A DNA stretch of 38,982 nucleotides from Alistipes sp. (lineage in GTDB: Bacteria; Bacteroidota; Bacteroidia; Bacteroidales; Rikenellaceae): the NCBI GenBank assembly GCA_045654145.1, contig JAZOMS010000002.1, positions 1-38,982 on the forward strand. The letters run 5' to 3'. Made by a program: the position numbers and the translations under genes. The notes beneath the pieces were generated by a model. The model searched no databases. It was not told where the DNA came from and worked only from the letters and a program-made list of their open reading frames with translations. Below are positions 29,106 to 38,352 of this stretch, piece after piece. How positions within the stretch are numbered: position 1 is the first letter of the stretch; every line of letters begins with the position of its first letter.

Positions 29106-29855
29106 TTAGATGTTGTCGTTCAGCTCGATATCAACGGGGATCTCAGCTACGGGCTCGTCGTTGAACGAGATGGTAACGGTAGCGCTACCTACCGCGCCCG
29201 AATTTACATCGAACTTGACGGTGTAGAGCGTCTTAGCCACGATGCCGGTGAATGACTTGTTGAACTTCACTGTCGAACCGGTCTGGGTGGTTGCCGAACC
29301 TGCTACGCTGAAAGTGTAGGGGTCGATAAACGCACGACGGCTCTCGCCCGCAACAAAGGGGATCTCAGTACCCGCAGCCGTAGTCAGTGTGAAAGAGTAG
29401 TCGGTAAAGTAGTTTTTGAATGCGTCGCTGCACTCGATTTTCACCACGGCATTGGCCACGTATGCGGTGATCTTCACCTCGGTGGTCTGATCGTCGATGA
29501 TGGCAAACTCCTTAGTGCCCTCGAAGCAGGGAGTTTCGAATGCCTCGACCGAGATGTTGCCATAGGTAGCCTTGGCCGAGTAGTTGCCAACATTGTAGAG
29601 AGTGCTCTCGTCGTAATCTGCCATTGAGTTCCACTCGCTCAGTACGTTGCCCGTTGCGTCCGAGATTGTCAGAGCGAAATCTGCTGCGGCAGGCTTGCTC
29701 AATCCCAAACTTGCACGTGTCAAGTCGATGGCAGTGTCGTCAGTCGAGAGAGCGACGCTTGCGCGACCGCGACCCGACTCCGACCCATTCTCCGAGCAGC
29801 CGACAAAAGCGAGTGCTGCTGCGAAGAGTAATGCCAAAGTTTTGAATTTTGTCAT
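29106..29855 (-). CDS. DUF4493-like (pilin-like) lipoprotein
   Basis: Lipobox FVGC-SEN, LTR-A, GNYSAKATYG, EAFETPCFEGTKEFAI, ANAVVKI, FKNYFTDYSFTL. Confidence 0.75.
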   Translation of the reverse strand: MTKFKTLALLFAAALAFVGCSENGSESGRGRASVALSTDDTAIDLTRASLGLSKPAAADFALTISDATGNVLSEWNSMADYDESTLYNVGNYSAKATYGNISVEAFETPCFEGTKEFAIIDDQTTEVKITAYVANAVVKIECSDAFKNYFTDYSFTLTTAAGTEIPFVAGESRRAFIDPYTFSVAGSATTQTGSTVKFNKSFTGIVAKTLYTVKFDVNSGAVGSATVTISFNDEPVAEIPVDIELNDNI

Positions 29856-29902
29856 AGTTGTTTGGTTTTTTGTGTTTATTATTATTTTGTTACTTTTTTG
29901 TC

Positions 29903-31696
29903 CTATTCCGCAATTGAAACCTTAATGTTATCAATGTAGAGCCAGAAGTTTCCGTTGCCACCCAGCCAGTTAGCCTTGATATCCGAGCTAACGACCCAGC
30001 TCAATCGGGTGTCAGCCGTAGCCGAGTTGAGAACCACAGCCGAGTGGGTGTAGAATCCCGAGTCGTAGCTGCCCGAACTCTCGCTCAGCGACTCGCCATC
30101 GATCAACTTGTTCGGGAGGTTGGTCGGTGCAGTCTTCGAGGTGTCGGTCGAACCGCTGTCGGGTTTCACTGCGCCAGTCGAGGTTGTGTAACCCATATAC
30201 ATCTTTATAGGGGTATTCACGCTACCACCGCTGGTGAAGTAGTGGATATATGCGCTGGCATAGTCGAACGTGATACGAATATTCGCTGACGACTTTAAGC
30301 CACCGATTGCGCGGGTATCGACACGACCCTTATAGTAGGCGTTAGCCGTAAGACCCGACTCGTAACGGCACATAATGCGGATAGCCTTGCCTGCCTGACC
30401 TCCGATGTGTCCGCCCGACCAGCCCGTAAGATGCGGGTCTTCGCTGTCAAGCATCTTGACATCGTTGTATGTATCGCCGTCGAAGTCGAAACCTGTCTTT
30501 GCATCGTCGTGATCATCGGTGAAGGTGCCGATCTGGCTGAAATCCTCGAAGAACAGATAGGGTACAGTCAGATAGACATCAGCGATTTGACCGGCATTGT
30601 AGTTGGGTACATCAAGCGTCTGGCTGACAATAGCGTGCTCCGATTCGTAAGTAACGGTGATCGGCTGTCCTGCCAGATTTGCGATGTCGGTAACGTCGAG
30701 GTTGTAGTAGCCATCGGTGTAGAACGTGGTCGCGGGATCGACTACATACTCGGCGTCAGCGGTCTTGATTGTAACCTTGATCAGATCCTCACCAAGGAAG
30801 TTCTCCTTGATCGAGAATCGCAGTATGGTATTCAACTCGGGCGTGCAGGTCAGACGCACGGGGGTGCTGCCACCCTCGCTCAGCGTACGAGCTGCAAAGG
30901 TCTGTGTAGCGTGGTAGTTGTCGGTACGCACCTCGAATGAGATCCGGTCGCTCTCGTTCATCGTAGCGGGGAAGACGATGGCGTAGGCATACTTACGTGC
31001 CGCCTCGCTCGAAGGCGAAAGACCTTCGGGGATCTCGATCGAAACAACGTTCGAGCCATTCGAGAGCGTTGCGGGTGTGGTTGGCGAGGTGTAATCGACG
31101 CTCACATCGCCAACGACCTGCGTCGGGAAGGTGATATCGATACGACGAATCGGCTCGCCCATACCCTCCACATCGTCGGGTACGAACATACGGAGCGTAT
31201 GCATCTTATGCTTGTAGGTGAGGCTCACCTCGGCATCTTCGTTTTCGAGAGCAAGTCCCGATGCGGGGTAGGCTACCAGAATGTCGTTAGTGCCGTCGAA
31301 CGAACCCTGCTGTATGCTTTCGATCGAGTAGTTTGCCTGAGTGCCCTGCACCGATGCGGGCAGGGGATGGGTCGAGTAGTAGGTGAATGTGCCGTCGCCC
31401 ATTGGGGTGATGTCGGAGGTAAATTCGGTGTAGTTGCCTATCGAGTAATAGACCTTGAATGGCTGAGCGTTCAGCACGTTGGTCGCGCCATTCGATGCCC
31501 ATACGGCGATCTGGTCATCATTGCACCAAGTGGTTGTCAAGCCATTTTCGGCAACCGAAGTGCGGCTTTGCGGCGAGCCGCTCTTGATCGTAACGCTCAC
31601 TTTGCCTTCGGGGGCGTTGATGGTTGGGATTTCGAACTGTTCGCACGAAACGAGCAGCAGGCTCAGTGCGGACAGTAAGGTGAAGATTCTATTCAT
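29903..31696 (-). CDS. Fimbrillin (Mfa-like, type V pilin-like) lipoprotein with a C-terminal lectin-like domain
   Basis: Lipobox LVSC-EQFE, SRT followed by TTWCNDDQIAVW, YYSTHP, Q.G.FD...DILVA, LTYKHKM; C-terminus FFEDFS...WLYIDNIKVS. Confidence 0.75.
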   Translation of the reverse strand: MNRIFTLLSALSLLLVSCEQFEIPTINAPEGKVSVTIKSGSPQSRTSVAENGLTTTWCNDDQIAVWASNGATNVLNAQPFKVYYSIGNYTEFTSDITPMGDGTFTYYSTHPLPASVQGTQANYSIESIQQGSFDGTNDILVAYPASGLALENEDAEVSLTYKHKMHTLRMFVPDDVEGMGEPIRRIDITFPTQVVGDVSVDYTSPTTPATLSNGSNVVSIEIPEGLSPSSEAARKYAYAIVFPATMNESDRISFEVRTDNYHATQTFAARTLSEGGSTPVRLTCTPELNTILRFSIKENFLGEDLIKVTIKTADAEYVVDPATTFYTDGYYNLDVTDIANLAGQPITVTYESEHAIVSQTLDVPNYNAGQIADVYLTVPYLFFEDFSQIGTFTDDHDDAKTGFDFDGDTYNDVKMLDSEDPHLTGWSGGHIGGQAGKAIRIMCRYESGLTANAYYKGRVDTRAIGGLKSSANIRITFDYASAYIHYFTSGGSVNTPIKMYMGYTTSTGAVKPDSGSTDTSKTAPTNLPNKLIDGESLSESSGSYDSGFYTHSAVVLNSATADTRLSWVVSSDIKANWLGGNGNFWLYIDNIKVSIAE

Positions 31697-31771
31697 TGTC
31701 TATTTGTAAAATTTTCTCGCATTAAATTCGGTCGGACTCAGCCGAACGAACACTCCTTCAATTAACGTCGG

Positions 31772-31802
31772 CAAAGGTAACATTGCAACAGATTTGCTCA
31801 AA
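31772..31802 (-). promoter_or_regulatory. Consensus Bacteroidota promoter of the lipoprotein operon
   Basis: TTTG (31799-31802)-N19-TACCTTTG (31772-31779) on minus. Confidence 0.75.
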
Positions 31803-31809
31803 ATAAATT

Positions 31810-31837
31810 CAACGAACGGCTCGTTTTTGCCAACGAA
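31810..31837. repeat. CAACGAA direct repeat with 21-bp period, candidate activator site
   Basis: CAACGAA at 31810 and 31831, immediately upstream of the -33 element. Confidence 0.6.
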
Positions 31838-31956
31838 TCGCCCATTTCGCTCGTTGTATTATATATGTATATATAAGCAAATAGCCCCGATCGATACCCG
31901 AATGGTCGATCGAGGAGCGTACAAGAGGTTGTTGTCTAAGGCTCTAATTAGCTGAT

Positions 31957-32661
31957 TTATAGCAAGCAACGCTCCAATATGGCGCTGTCGTCGAGCAGTT
32001 GCCGAGTCGGACCATCGGCCGCCACGCCTCCTGCGTGCATAATGACCGTGCGAGGACAGAGCCGACGTGCCAGATCCAAGTCGTGGGTTGCGATCAGTAG
32101 CGTGTGCCCGAGGCGGTCGAGAAGCTCGATCAGCAACCTTCGAGCTCGGGGATCGAGTCCCGCAGTGGGTTCGTCCATAATGAGTATCGATGGCTCCATA
32201 GCCAAGACCGTTGCGATTGCCACACGATGCTTCTCGCCCTCAGAGAGTTGCTGTGTGGGACGCTGGCGCAGGTGCAGTGCCTCGACCTCGCGCAACGAAC
32301 GATCGATGCGCTTGTCGATCTCTTCGACCGAAAGGCGCATATTGGCTGGTCCAAAACCGACATCCTCCTCGACCGTAGGCATAAAGAGTTGATCATCGGC
32401 ATTTTGGAATGTCAGCCCTACCTGCTGACGTGCGATCGCCATACTCTTATGTGTGAGCTCCATCTCGCCCACAACGACCCGACCGTGCGAGGGGGTGAGC
32501 AGACCATTGGCGTGCAATAGCAGGGTCGATTTGCCCGCCCCATTAGCCCCCACGAGGGCGATGCGCTCGCCACGATCAATGCGGAGCGTTACGCCTCGCA
32601 GCACCTCGCGGTCGGGTGTGTAACGAAAGTGGATGTTGTCGAATAGAATGGCTTGATTCAT
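31957..32661 (-). CDS. ECF transporter ATPase (NikO/CbiO)
   Basis: GANGAGKST, FQNADDQLFMPTVEEDVGFGP, LSEGEKHR, MDEPTAGLDP, ATHD; ATG at 32661. Confidence 0.92.
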   Translation of the reverse strand: MNQAILFDNIHFRYTPDREVLRGVTLRIDRGERIALVGANGAGKSTLLLHANGLLTPSHGRVVVGEMELTHKSMAIARQQVGLTFQNADDQLFMPTVEEDVGFGPANMRLSVEEIDKRIDRSLREVEALHLRQRPTQQLSEGEKHRVAIATVLAMEPSILIMDEPTAGLDPRARRLLIELLDRLGHTLLIATHDLDLARRLCPRTVIMHAGGVAADGPTRQLLDDSAILERCLL

Positions 32662-33464
32662 AGCGTATCGAAAAGTTGTACAAGGCGTTCGACAGGATTG
32701 ATGATGCGACAGGCGATCAGCGCCACGCTCCACGTTGCGAGGTAGATCGTATCGCGCCACTGCCACCTCCGTTGTGCTATCGGAGGGGGTGGCAGATGTC
32801 CGTCGAAGCCCCGCGAACTCATAGCTAATGAGATCCGTTCGGCACGGTCGAAAGTGCGTACGGTGAGCTGACCGACGATCGCTCCCCACTCGCCAACGGG
32901 CATTGCTCGTCGTCCGAAACTGCGTGCCGAGCGAGAGCGCGCAAGGGCAAGCAACTGCTCGATCATAATCAGCATATAGCGGTGTAACATAGCGAGTTGT
33001 GTTGTTAATGTGGCGGGCGCACCGAGCCGTTGCAAGTTGTGGCTGATGCGGTCGAAACCCTCGATCCGTACCAGCACCAACAGGGCTTGCACTGAGAGTA
33101 TGGCTCGCACAATGATCGAACAGAACTCCAACCAACCGCGCGTGATGATCACCGATCCGACCTCCAATGATGCCTCGCGGTGGTAGAAGATGTTGAACAC
33201 CCCGATCAGCGCCGCAAAGGGGACAACAAAGAGCGATTGACGCACGATGGCTCTGTAATCAATACGCACGTCAGCCGCACAGATGATCGGAAAGAGCGCA
33301 TAGAGCAGTAGCTCCGAGAGCCGAGTAATGGGCACCGAGAGCATAACCACAAGATAGACAATCGTTACCGTAATCCGCGCACGAGGGTCGATGGTCGAAC
33401 GGCTTGGTGCAGAGCCTTCGAGCGTTGCGAGGCGGACGAGCAGTTGTTGCAGGCGGTGGCTCAT
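32658..33464 (-). CDS. ECF transporter T component (NikQ/CbiQ)
   Basis: IDPRARI, LQRLGAP, RY, RSARS, RTFDRAERISLAMSSRGFDG. Confidence 0.9.
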   Translation of the reverse strand: MSHRLQQLLVRLATLEGSAPSRSTIDPRARITVTIVYLVVMLSVPITRLSELLLYALFPIICAADVRIDYRAIVRQSLFVVPFAALIGVFNIFYHREASLEVGSVIITRGWLEFCSIIVRAILSVQALLVLVRIEGFDRISHNLQRLGAPATLTTQLAMLHRYMLIMIEQLLALARSRSARSFGRRAMPVGEWGAIVGQLTVRTFDRAERISLAMSSRGFDGHLPPPPIAQRRWQWRDTIYLATWSVALIACRIINPVERLVQLFDTL

Positions 33465-34444
33465 CGACGGCGAATCAGCAACGAGAGCCCAACGACCACC
33501 ACCAGCGTCGCACCGACACCCACGATCCCCGACAGCGAGGTCTCGTAGTCGGGCATAAGAGCTGTCGTGCGCTGAATCTGATCGACGCTATGGTGGAGAG
33601 ATGTGTGCGAAGTGAGGGGTGCGCCACCCTCCGTAGTGCGCTCAATCGACCACTCCAATCCATCAGGGTGCGACGAGGCTACCGTGCCTGCCACCGAGGC
33701 CAAGAGTAGCGCCACTACAACGATCGAGGCGGCAACCTTTGTCCGTGGGCGTGTCGTATGCTCAGAGGAGTCGATGAGCAGATCCGAGCGGTAGCGTCTG
33801 AGAGATGCGATTACGGCTGCTGTTGCCAACCCCTCGCCGAGCCCAATCAGTAGGTGGATTGGTAGCATAAAGGCTAAAAAGCGGCCGAAAGGTAGCGCCG
33901 TGATGCCAGACAGCTCGGTCTCGATCGTTACGGCCAATGCTCCCATAATCAAGGCAACTATGGAGGTGGCAATGGAGGCTGCTGCCCAGCGCGATGGAGA
34001 GGTAGTGTTGTGTACCATTGGTCTGAATATCAATGGATAGGCAACCAAACAGGAGATGCCCGCCATATTCAATATATTGCAGCCGAGCGTCATTAGACCT
34101 CCATCGGCAAACAGCAGACACTGCACGATGATCACCGAGGTGAGGGTCAGAAACCCTGCCCACTCACCGAGCACTGCCGCAAGCAGCACGCCTCCCACGA
34201 TGTGGCCACTCGACCCCGTGCCGGGAATGGTGAAGTTGAGCATCTGAGCAGCAAAGACCAGCGCCCCCATAACGCCCATTAGGGGCACCAAGTGGCGGCG
34301 TCTCTCTTGGTTGGTGGTTGAGGCAAACCGTTCGTCGCCTTGTGCGCGGGCGATCCGATGTGTAGCGGCTCCAACCAGCAGTGCCGCCACGACCGAAGTC
34401 GTGGCAAAGAGGGCTGGCGAAACCAATGTGTCAGACATATGCAT
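33461..34444 (-). CDS. ECF nickel/cobalt S component with fused PDGLE domain (NikMN/CbiM)
   Basis: N-terminal metal-binding MHMSD, FAAQMLNF.IPGTGSSGH, ADGG, GLGEG, SHPDGLEWS; ATG at 34444. Confidence 0.9.
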   Translation of the reverse strand: MHMSDTLVSPALFATTSVVAALLVGAATHRIARAQGDERFASTTNQERRRHLVPLMGVMGALVFAAQMLNFTIPGTGSSGHIVGGVLLAAVLGEWAGFLTLTSVIIVQCLLFADGGLMTLGCNILNMAGISCLVAYPLIFRPMVHNTTSPSRWAAASIATSIVALIMGALAVTIETELSGITALPFGRFLAFMLPIHLLIGLGEGLATAAVIASLRRYRSDLLIDSSEHTTRPRTKVAASIVVVALLLASVAGTVASSHPDGLEWSIERTTEGGAPLTSHTSLHHSVDQIQRTTALMPDYETSLSGIVGVGATLVVVVGLSLLIRRR

Positions 34445-34464
34445 AGCGTTCGTGCTGATTTGGT

Positions 34465-35511
34465 TCAGGGGTTTTGTTGCGATTTGGCTCTTTTGGCCAA
34501 GTGGCGCTTGTTGTCGGGATTCCAATTCGAGTGGTCGAGATTCTGCTCGTTGTTGATAGCCATCAGAGGCAACAGAAACAGCCACGTCGTAAAGCAGAAT
34601 GGGGCAGTCAGCGTGGCAATGCCCAGCGGTAGCAGTAGCACGTTCATAGCCGCCTGCATAAAGACCGTTACGACGGTAGCGACGATTGCCCACAGAGCCG
34701 AGTGAAGATTGGGTTTATAGAAGACCACACCAATGGCTAATGCTGTCAGCACTGCGCTAAACCCATATAATCCGTGCGAAGTCTCGGCTCCCGATGTGCC
34801 GAAAACGAGCGCCACGAGCAGCGCCAATGTCGAGCCTCCGAAGGCGGTCAGCGCAGCGATGGGCGAACTGATTGCTAACCCCACCAGAAAGAGCAGACCC
34901 GTTACCCACGACTCGATGAGGAATACCTGCGAAATGCCTTTCAAACAGTATATTATGAGGTTCGAGATGTGCAGGTCGGTATCCGACGAGAAGACCTCGG
35001 GTAGCGTTGGGTCGGGCAGATGCTCGGGTGGCATAGAGTTCATAGCTCGTGCCGCCAAGATGAAGATCCACGTACAGAAGACGAATGGGAATGTGAACGA
35101 GTTGACCCTCCACGGCGCCATCACGTTGTTCATTGCGGTGCGCACCCAGACAGTCATTGCCGAGCAGAGCACCAGTGCTATCCACACCCATACGGTGTTG
35201 CCCAAGAAGGTCGGGAAGGCGCATCCGACCAGCACGCCGTTGAAGCCCCACAGCCCCTGTCGTCCATCCTCTGAGGGCATATCAATCATATACCCCGTCA
35301 GTGTGGAGACGAGCAGTCCGAGCAGAGCGCCCCACGCCACCTCGGGCGTGTGAGATGAGTAGGCACCCCAGAAGATACCCGCGATGAATAGCACGCCGGT
35401 CCAGGCGCTGGGTTGGAACATCACCTGACCTGCACCACGAAGCATGATTCGCAGATGTTCGAGGGGGTCGAGACGACGTAGCTCCTCGTTGAGTTTCAGT
35501 TTTGACATCAT
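34465..35511 (-). CDS. Urea transporter (UT family, Yut/UreT-like)
   Basis: Internal two-fold repeat: GAGQVMF/GISQVFL, GLWGFNG/GLYGFSA, FTFPF/LTAPF. Confidence 0.92.
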   Translation of the reverse strand: MMSKLKLNEELRRLDPLEHLRIMLRGAGQVMFQPSAWTGVLFIAGIFWGAYSSHTPEVAWGALLGLLVSTLTGYMIDMPSEDGRQGLWGFNGVLVGCAFPTFLGNTVWVWIALVLCSAMTVWVRTAMNNVMAPWRVNSFTFPFVFCTWIFILAARAMNSMPPEHLPDPTLPEVFSSDTDLHISNLIIYCLKGISQVFLIESWVTGLLFLVGLAISSPIAALTAFGGSTLALLVALVFGTSGAETSHGLYGFSAVLTALAIGVVFYKPNLHSALWAIVATVVTVFMQAAMNVLLLPLGIATLTAPFCFTTWLFLLPLMAINNEQNLDHSNWNPDNKRHLAKRAKSQQNP

Positions 35512-35537
35512 AATTTTTGCTCTTTTTTAGTTGAGTT

Positions 35538-36446
35538 TTATCGCCACGGGAATTCGTCGGGTAGGGCGTGCCCCTTCACCTCGCGACGCACCATCGAACA
35601 GAGGTGGCGTATGGCGCGTTTGACCGTGGCGGTGTCATTGCCCAAGACCCTAATTGATAGCCCGCAGTGCGATGGGAGGCGCGAAACTCCAATGGCCAAA
35701 TCGGCATCGAGATCAATCTTCGAGCTGATTTGCGAATAGAGTGCCTCGATAATCGGCTCGGGTGCGAGCAGAAAACAGCTGCCGAGTATGCTCCAATGAC
35801 CCATTATGCCCAAGTGGTCGGGTGCGTAGCGCGCCGGCTCGATCACCATTCGCTCGTTGAAGAGCAACTCCCCGTCGGGTCGTGTGGCCGAGGTGGCGAG
35901 CGAAAGCAGATCGAATGCCCAATGCTCGCCACCGAGTTTGTAGCGTCGCCCACTCAGGTAGATCTCCGAGAGAAAGATCGTGGCCGATTGGTCGATAACA
36001 ATCTGAGTCGTCGCCATATAGCGTGCGTGGCGGCAGGGAATGGTCGGCTCGGGCAGATATTCGAGATAACTCGTCGCTTCGAGTTCGATGATCTGCACGA
36101 GCGAGGAGTAGTCGCTACGCATCTCGGCCAACTTGGTCGCAGCTCCTGTTGAGATGTGTGCAAAAGCTCCACGACGCAGTGTGATGTGGTGTTGGTAGCG
36201 GTCGCCATCGACATTTGGACCGCCCGATGAGAGCAGATAGACGCACGGCATCGAGGGCATCGCCTCGTCGAAATAGAGCTCCTGTTGCACGATGATCGGG
36301 GTGTGTCGCTCCAACTTGCGCACAATCGACCGTCCCTCACCGTCAAGTTCGAAGAGCATACGCAGTGCGCCTTGTTTGCCTTCGGATGCTGAGGGAGCAC
36401 CGTTGCGCTGGCATAGGTAGGGACGTAATTCACGTGTGGGATTCAT
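35538..36446 (-). CDS. ureD: Urease accessory protein UreD
   Basis: [27 protein letters not shown]; position after ureG. Confidence 0.92.
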   Translation of the reverse strand: MNPTRELRPYLCQRNGAPSASEGKQGALRMLFELDGEGRSIVRKLERHTPIIVQQELYFDEAMPSMPCVYLLSSGGPNVDGDRYQHHITLRRGAFAHISTGAATKLAEMRSDYSSLVQIIELEATSYLEYLPEPTIPCRHARYMATTQIVIDQSATIFLSEIYLSGRRYKLGGEHWAFDLLSLATSATRPDGELLFNERMVIEPARYAPDHLGIMGHWSILGSCFLLAPEPIIEALYSQISSKIDLDADLAIGVSRLPSHCGLSIRVLGNDTATVKRAIRHLCSMVRREVKGHALPDEFPWR

Positions 36447-37075
36447 CGCTCCAAGTTGTTGTCAAATAGCGCCATACTGCGTATCAATTCGACCACTTCG
36501 TCGATCCCCTCGCCCGTGAAACAGTTGGTCATAACGGTTGGTCGTTCGCCACGCATTGCCCACGAGTCGCGTCGCATCACATCGAGCGAGGCGTGGACGT
36601 AGGGTGCCAGATCGGTCTTGTTGATCACCAAAATATCCGAGTGCGAGATGCCGGGACCATCCTTACGAGGGATCTTGTCGCCTGCCGCCACGTCGATCAC
36701 ATAGATGAAGAAATCGACCAGCGCAGGCGAAAAGGTGAGAGTCAGGTTGTCGCCTCCCGACTCGATGAGTACCACATCGGCATCGGGAAAGCGTGCCTCC
36801 ATCTCCTCGACAGCGGCTATATTCATCGAGGGATCTTCGCGCACGGCGGTGTGGGGACACGCGCCCGTTTCGACACCGATGATGCGCTCCTCGACCAGAA
36901 TTCCTCGAAGCATACGGCGCACGTGCTCGGCATCCTCGGTCGTTACCACGTCATTGGTGATGACCAGAACTTTGTGTCCGAGTGCGAGCAGACGAGGTGT
37001 GATGGCCTCGATCAGGGCGGTTTTGCCCGATCCGACAGGACCTCCGATACCAATGCGGCAGGTGTTGTTATTCAT
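36443..37075 (-). CDS. ureG: Urease accessory GTPase UreG
   Basis: [35 protein letters not shown]. Confidence 0.97.
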   Translation of the reverse strand: MNNNTCRIGIGGPVGSGKTALIEAITPRLLALGHKVLVITNDVVTTEDAEHVRRMLRGILVEERIIGVETGACPHTAVREDPSMNIAAVEEMEARFPDADVVLIESGGDNLTLTFSPALVDFFIYVIDVAAGDKIPRKDGPGISHSDILVINKTDLAPYVHASLDVMRRDSWAMRGERPTVMTNCFTGEGIDEVVELIRSMALFDNNLER

Positions 37076-37096
37076 TGTGTATCAATGTTTTTTCGA

Positions 37097-37783
37097 TTAG
37101 TTCATAAACATTCGTACCGTGCCTCGTTCGTGCAGGGCAGCAAGCAGATCGATCACGGGTGCAAACGAGTGCAGTTCGTCAATGTCCAGCTCTCGCACCT
37201 GATCGTAAAGTTCCTCGATGAGTGGAGCGAGCCTTGCGATGGTGCGTTGAGTGTGGTAGTGCGTCAGGCGCAGACAGCGTAGAGCTGCATTGAGCGTGGT
37301 GGTCATCACTCCATACTGCTGAGTCGCAAAGAGCGAGGGCGCATCCAAGCCTCCTGCCGCAAAGAGGATACCCAACGTCGTGGGGTAGGTGCCGGCGGTG
37401 CGGTGCGCTTTAATCTCATCGAGCCATTGAGTGAGTGGAATATCATCGGAGAACAGCACGCTTAGCTCCGCCAACTTGCGACCCATACGGCAACTCATCA
37501 GTCGAGCCTCGTCATTCAGTTTACACGCAACCAATTTCGCATCGATCCTCCTCAATGTGTCGTGTTGCGCAGTCAGCGCTGCTTGTCGGGCTGCAAGGGC
37601 TGCAATGCCATCGGTCGAGGCCGATTGTCGCAATAGCGCCTCGACGAAGCGTGCGAGCGTCGCCTCGTCATATACGATGCGTTGCTCGACGGCCGTTTCG
37701 AGCGAATTTGAGAATGCGAATGCTCCAACCGGCAGTGCCGAGTCGGCAAGTTGCAGCAGGTGAATAATCTGATGTAGCGTCAT
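37097..37783 (-). CDS. ureF: Urease accessory protein UreF
   Basis: LQLADSALPVGAFAFSNSLE, HE...RMFMN C-terminus; ATG at 37783 overlaps the ureE stop. Confidence 0.95.
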   Translation of the reverse strand: MTLHQIIHLLQLADSALPVGAFAFSNSLETAVEQRIVYDEATLARFVEALLRQSASTDGIAALAARQAALTAQHDTLRRIDAKLVACKLNDEARLMSCRMGRKLAELSVLFSDDIPLTQWLDEIKAHRTAGTYPTTLGILFAAGGLDAPSLFATQQYGVMTTTLNAALRCLRLTHYHTQRTIARLAPLIEELYDQVRELDIDELHSFAPVIDLLAALHERGTVRMFMN

Positions 37784-38349
37784 TTTGAGTGGTGATGGTG
37801 AGCGTGCTCGGCCGTTGCAGGGTCTGTACCTCCGAACAGTCGTCGCACCTCGTGTGGAGCCAGATAGGGGATCACCTCCGCTCCTCGTCGAAATGCGATA
37901 CACACATTCTCGAACGAGTGGGTACGCATCACACTCTCCATCACCTTGCGATCGAGCGTCATAGGCACATAGACCCGTGTCCCCTTGACCACTGCGGGCC
38001 AATGTTGGTTGCCGATGGCGTGCCCCAGCTCGAAGGTGGTGCGGGCGATGTATTCGGGGGTGAAACGCACGAGGCGGTCAAGTTCGATGACCATCACCTC
38101 GTGCATCTGCACATCAACCACCAATGCCCGATGTGCCTCAGGATCGTAGTCGAGAATATCGCCATTCGAGAGCCGTTGCCCACGTCCGAGTGCAATGGCG
38201 TACTGCTCGCCTCGGTCGCTCGTAGCCACCAGACGGCTCTTTTGTGCCGTCCATTGGTCGAGTGTGAGGTGCTCGATCTGTACCGAGCGTAGAGCCTCGA
38301 TCCACTCGTTAGAGTGCATATTCCCAATTACTTGCGTATAGACCCTCAT
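37780..38349 (-). CDS. ureE: Urease accessory nickel chaperone UreE
   Basis: QKSR, L..GDIL, ELGHAIGNQHWP, His-rich tail EHAHHHH. Confidence 0.93.
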   Translation of the reverse strand: MRVYTQVIGNMHSNEWIEALRSVQIEHLTLDQWTAQKSRLVATSDRGEQYAIALGRGQRLSNGDILDYDPEAHRALVVDVQMHEVMVIELDRLVRFTPEYIARTTFELGHAIGNQHWPAVVKGTRVYVPMTLDRKVMESVMRTHSFENVCIAFRRGAEVIPYLAPHEVRRLFGGTDPATAEHAHHHHSK

Positions 38350-38352
38350 CGC

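Noticed and set aside
22845-31696. Polysaccharide utilisation locus or diversity-generating retroelement target
   Set aside because: No SusC/SusD, glycoside hydrolase, reverse transcriptase or template/variable repeat pair seen
31885-31917. Hairpin CGATCGA...TCGATCG as terminator of the urease-nik operon or island end
   Set aside because: The stem is built from the abundant CGATCG palindrome and has only a weak U-tract; not enough support to call
31697-31956. Invertible promoter for the surface operon
   Set aside because: No convincing long inverted repeats flank the promoter and no recombinase is in the window; the repeats are short and mostly direct
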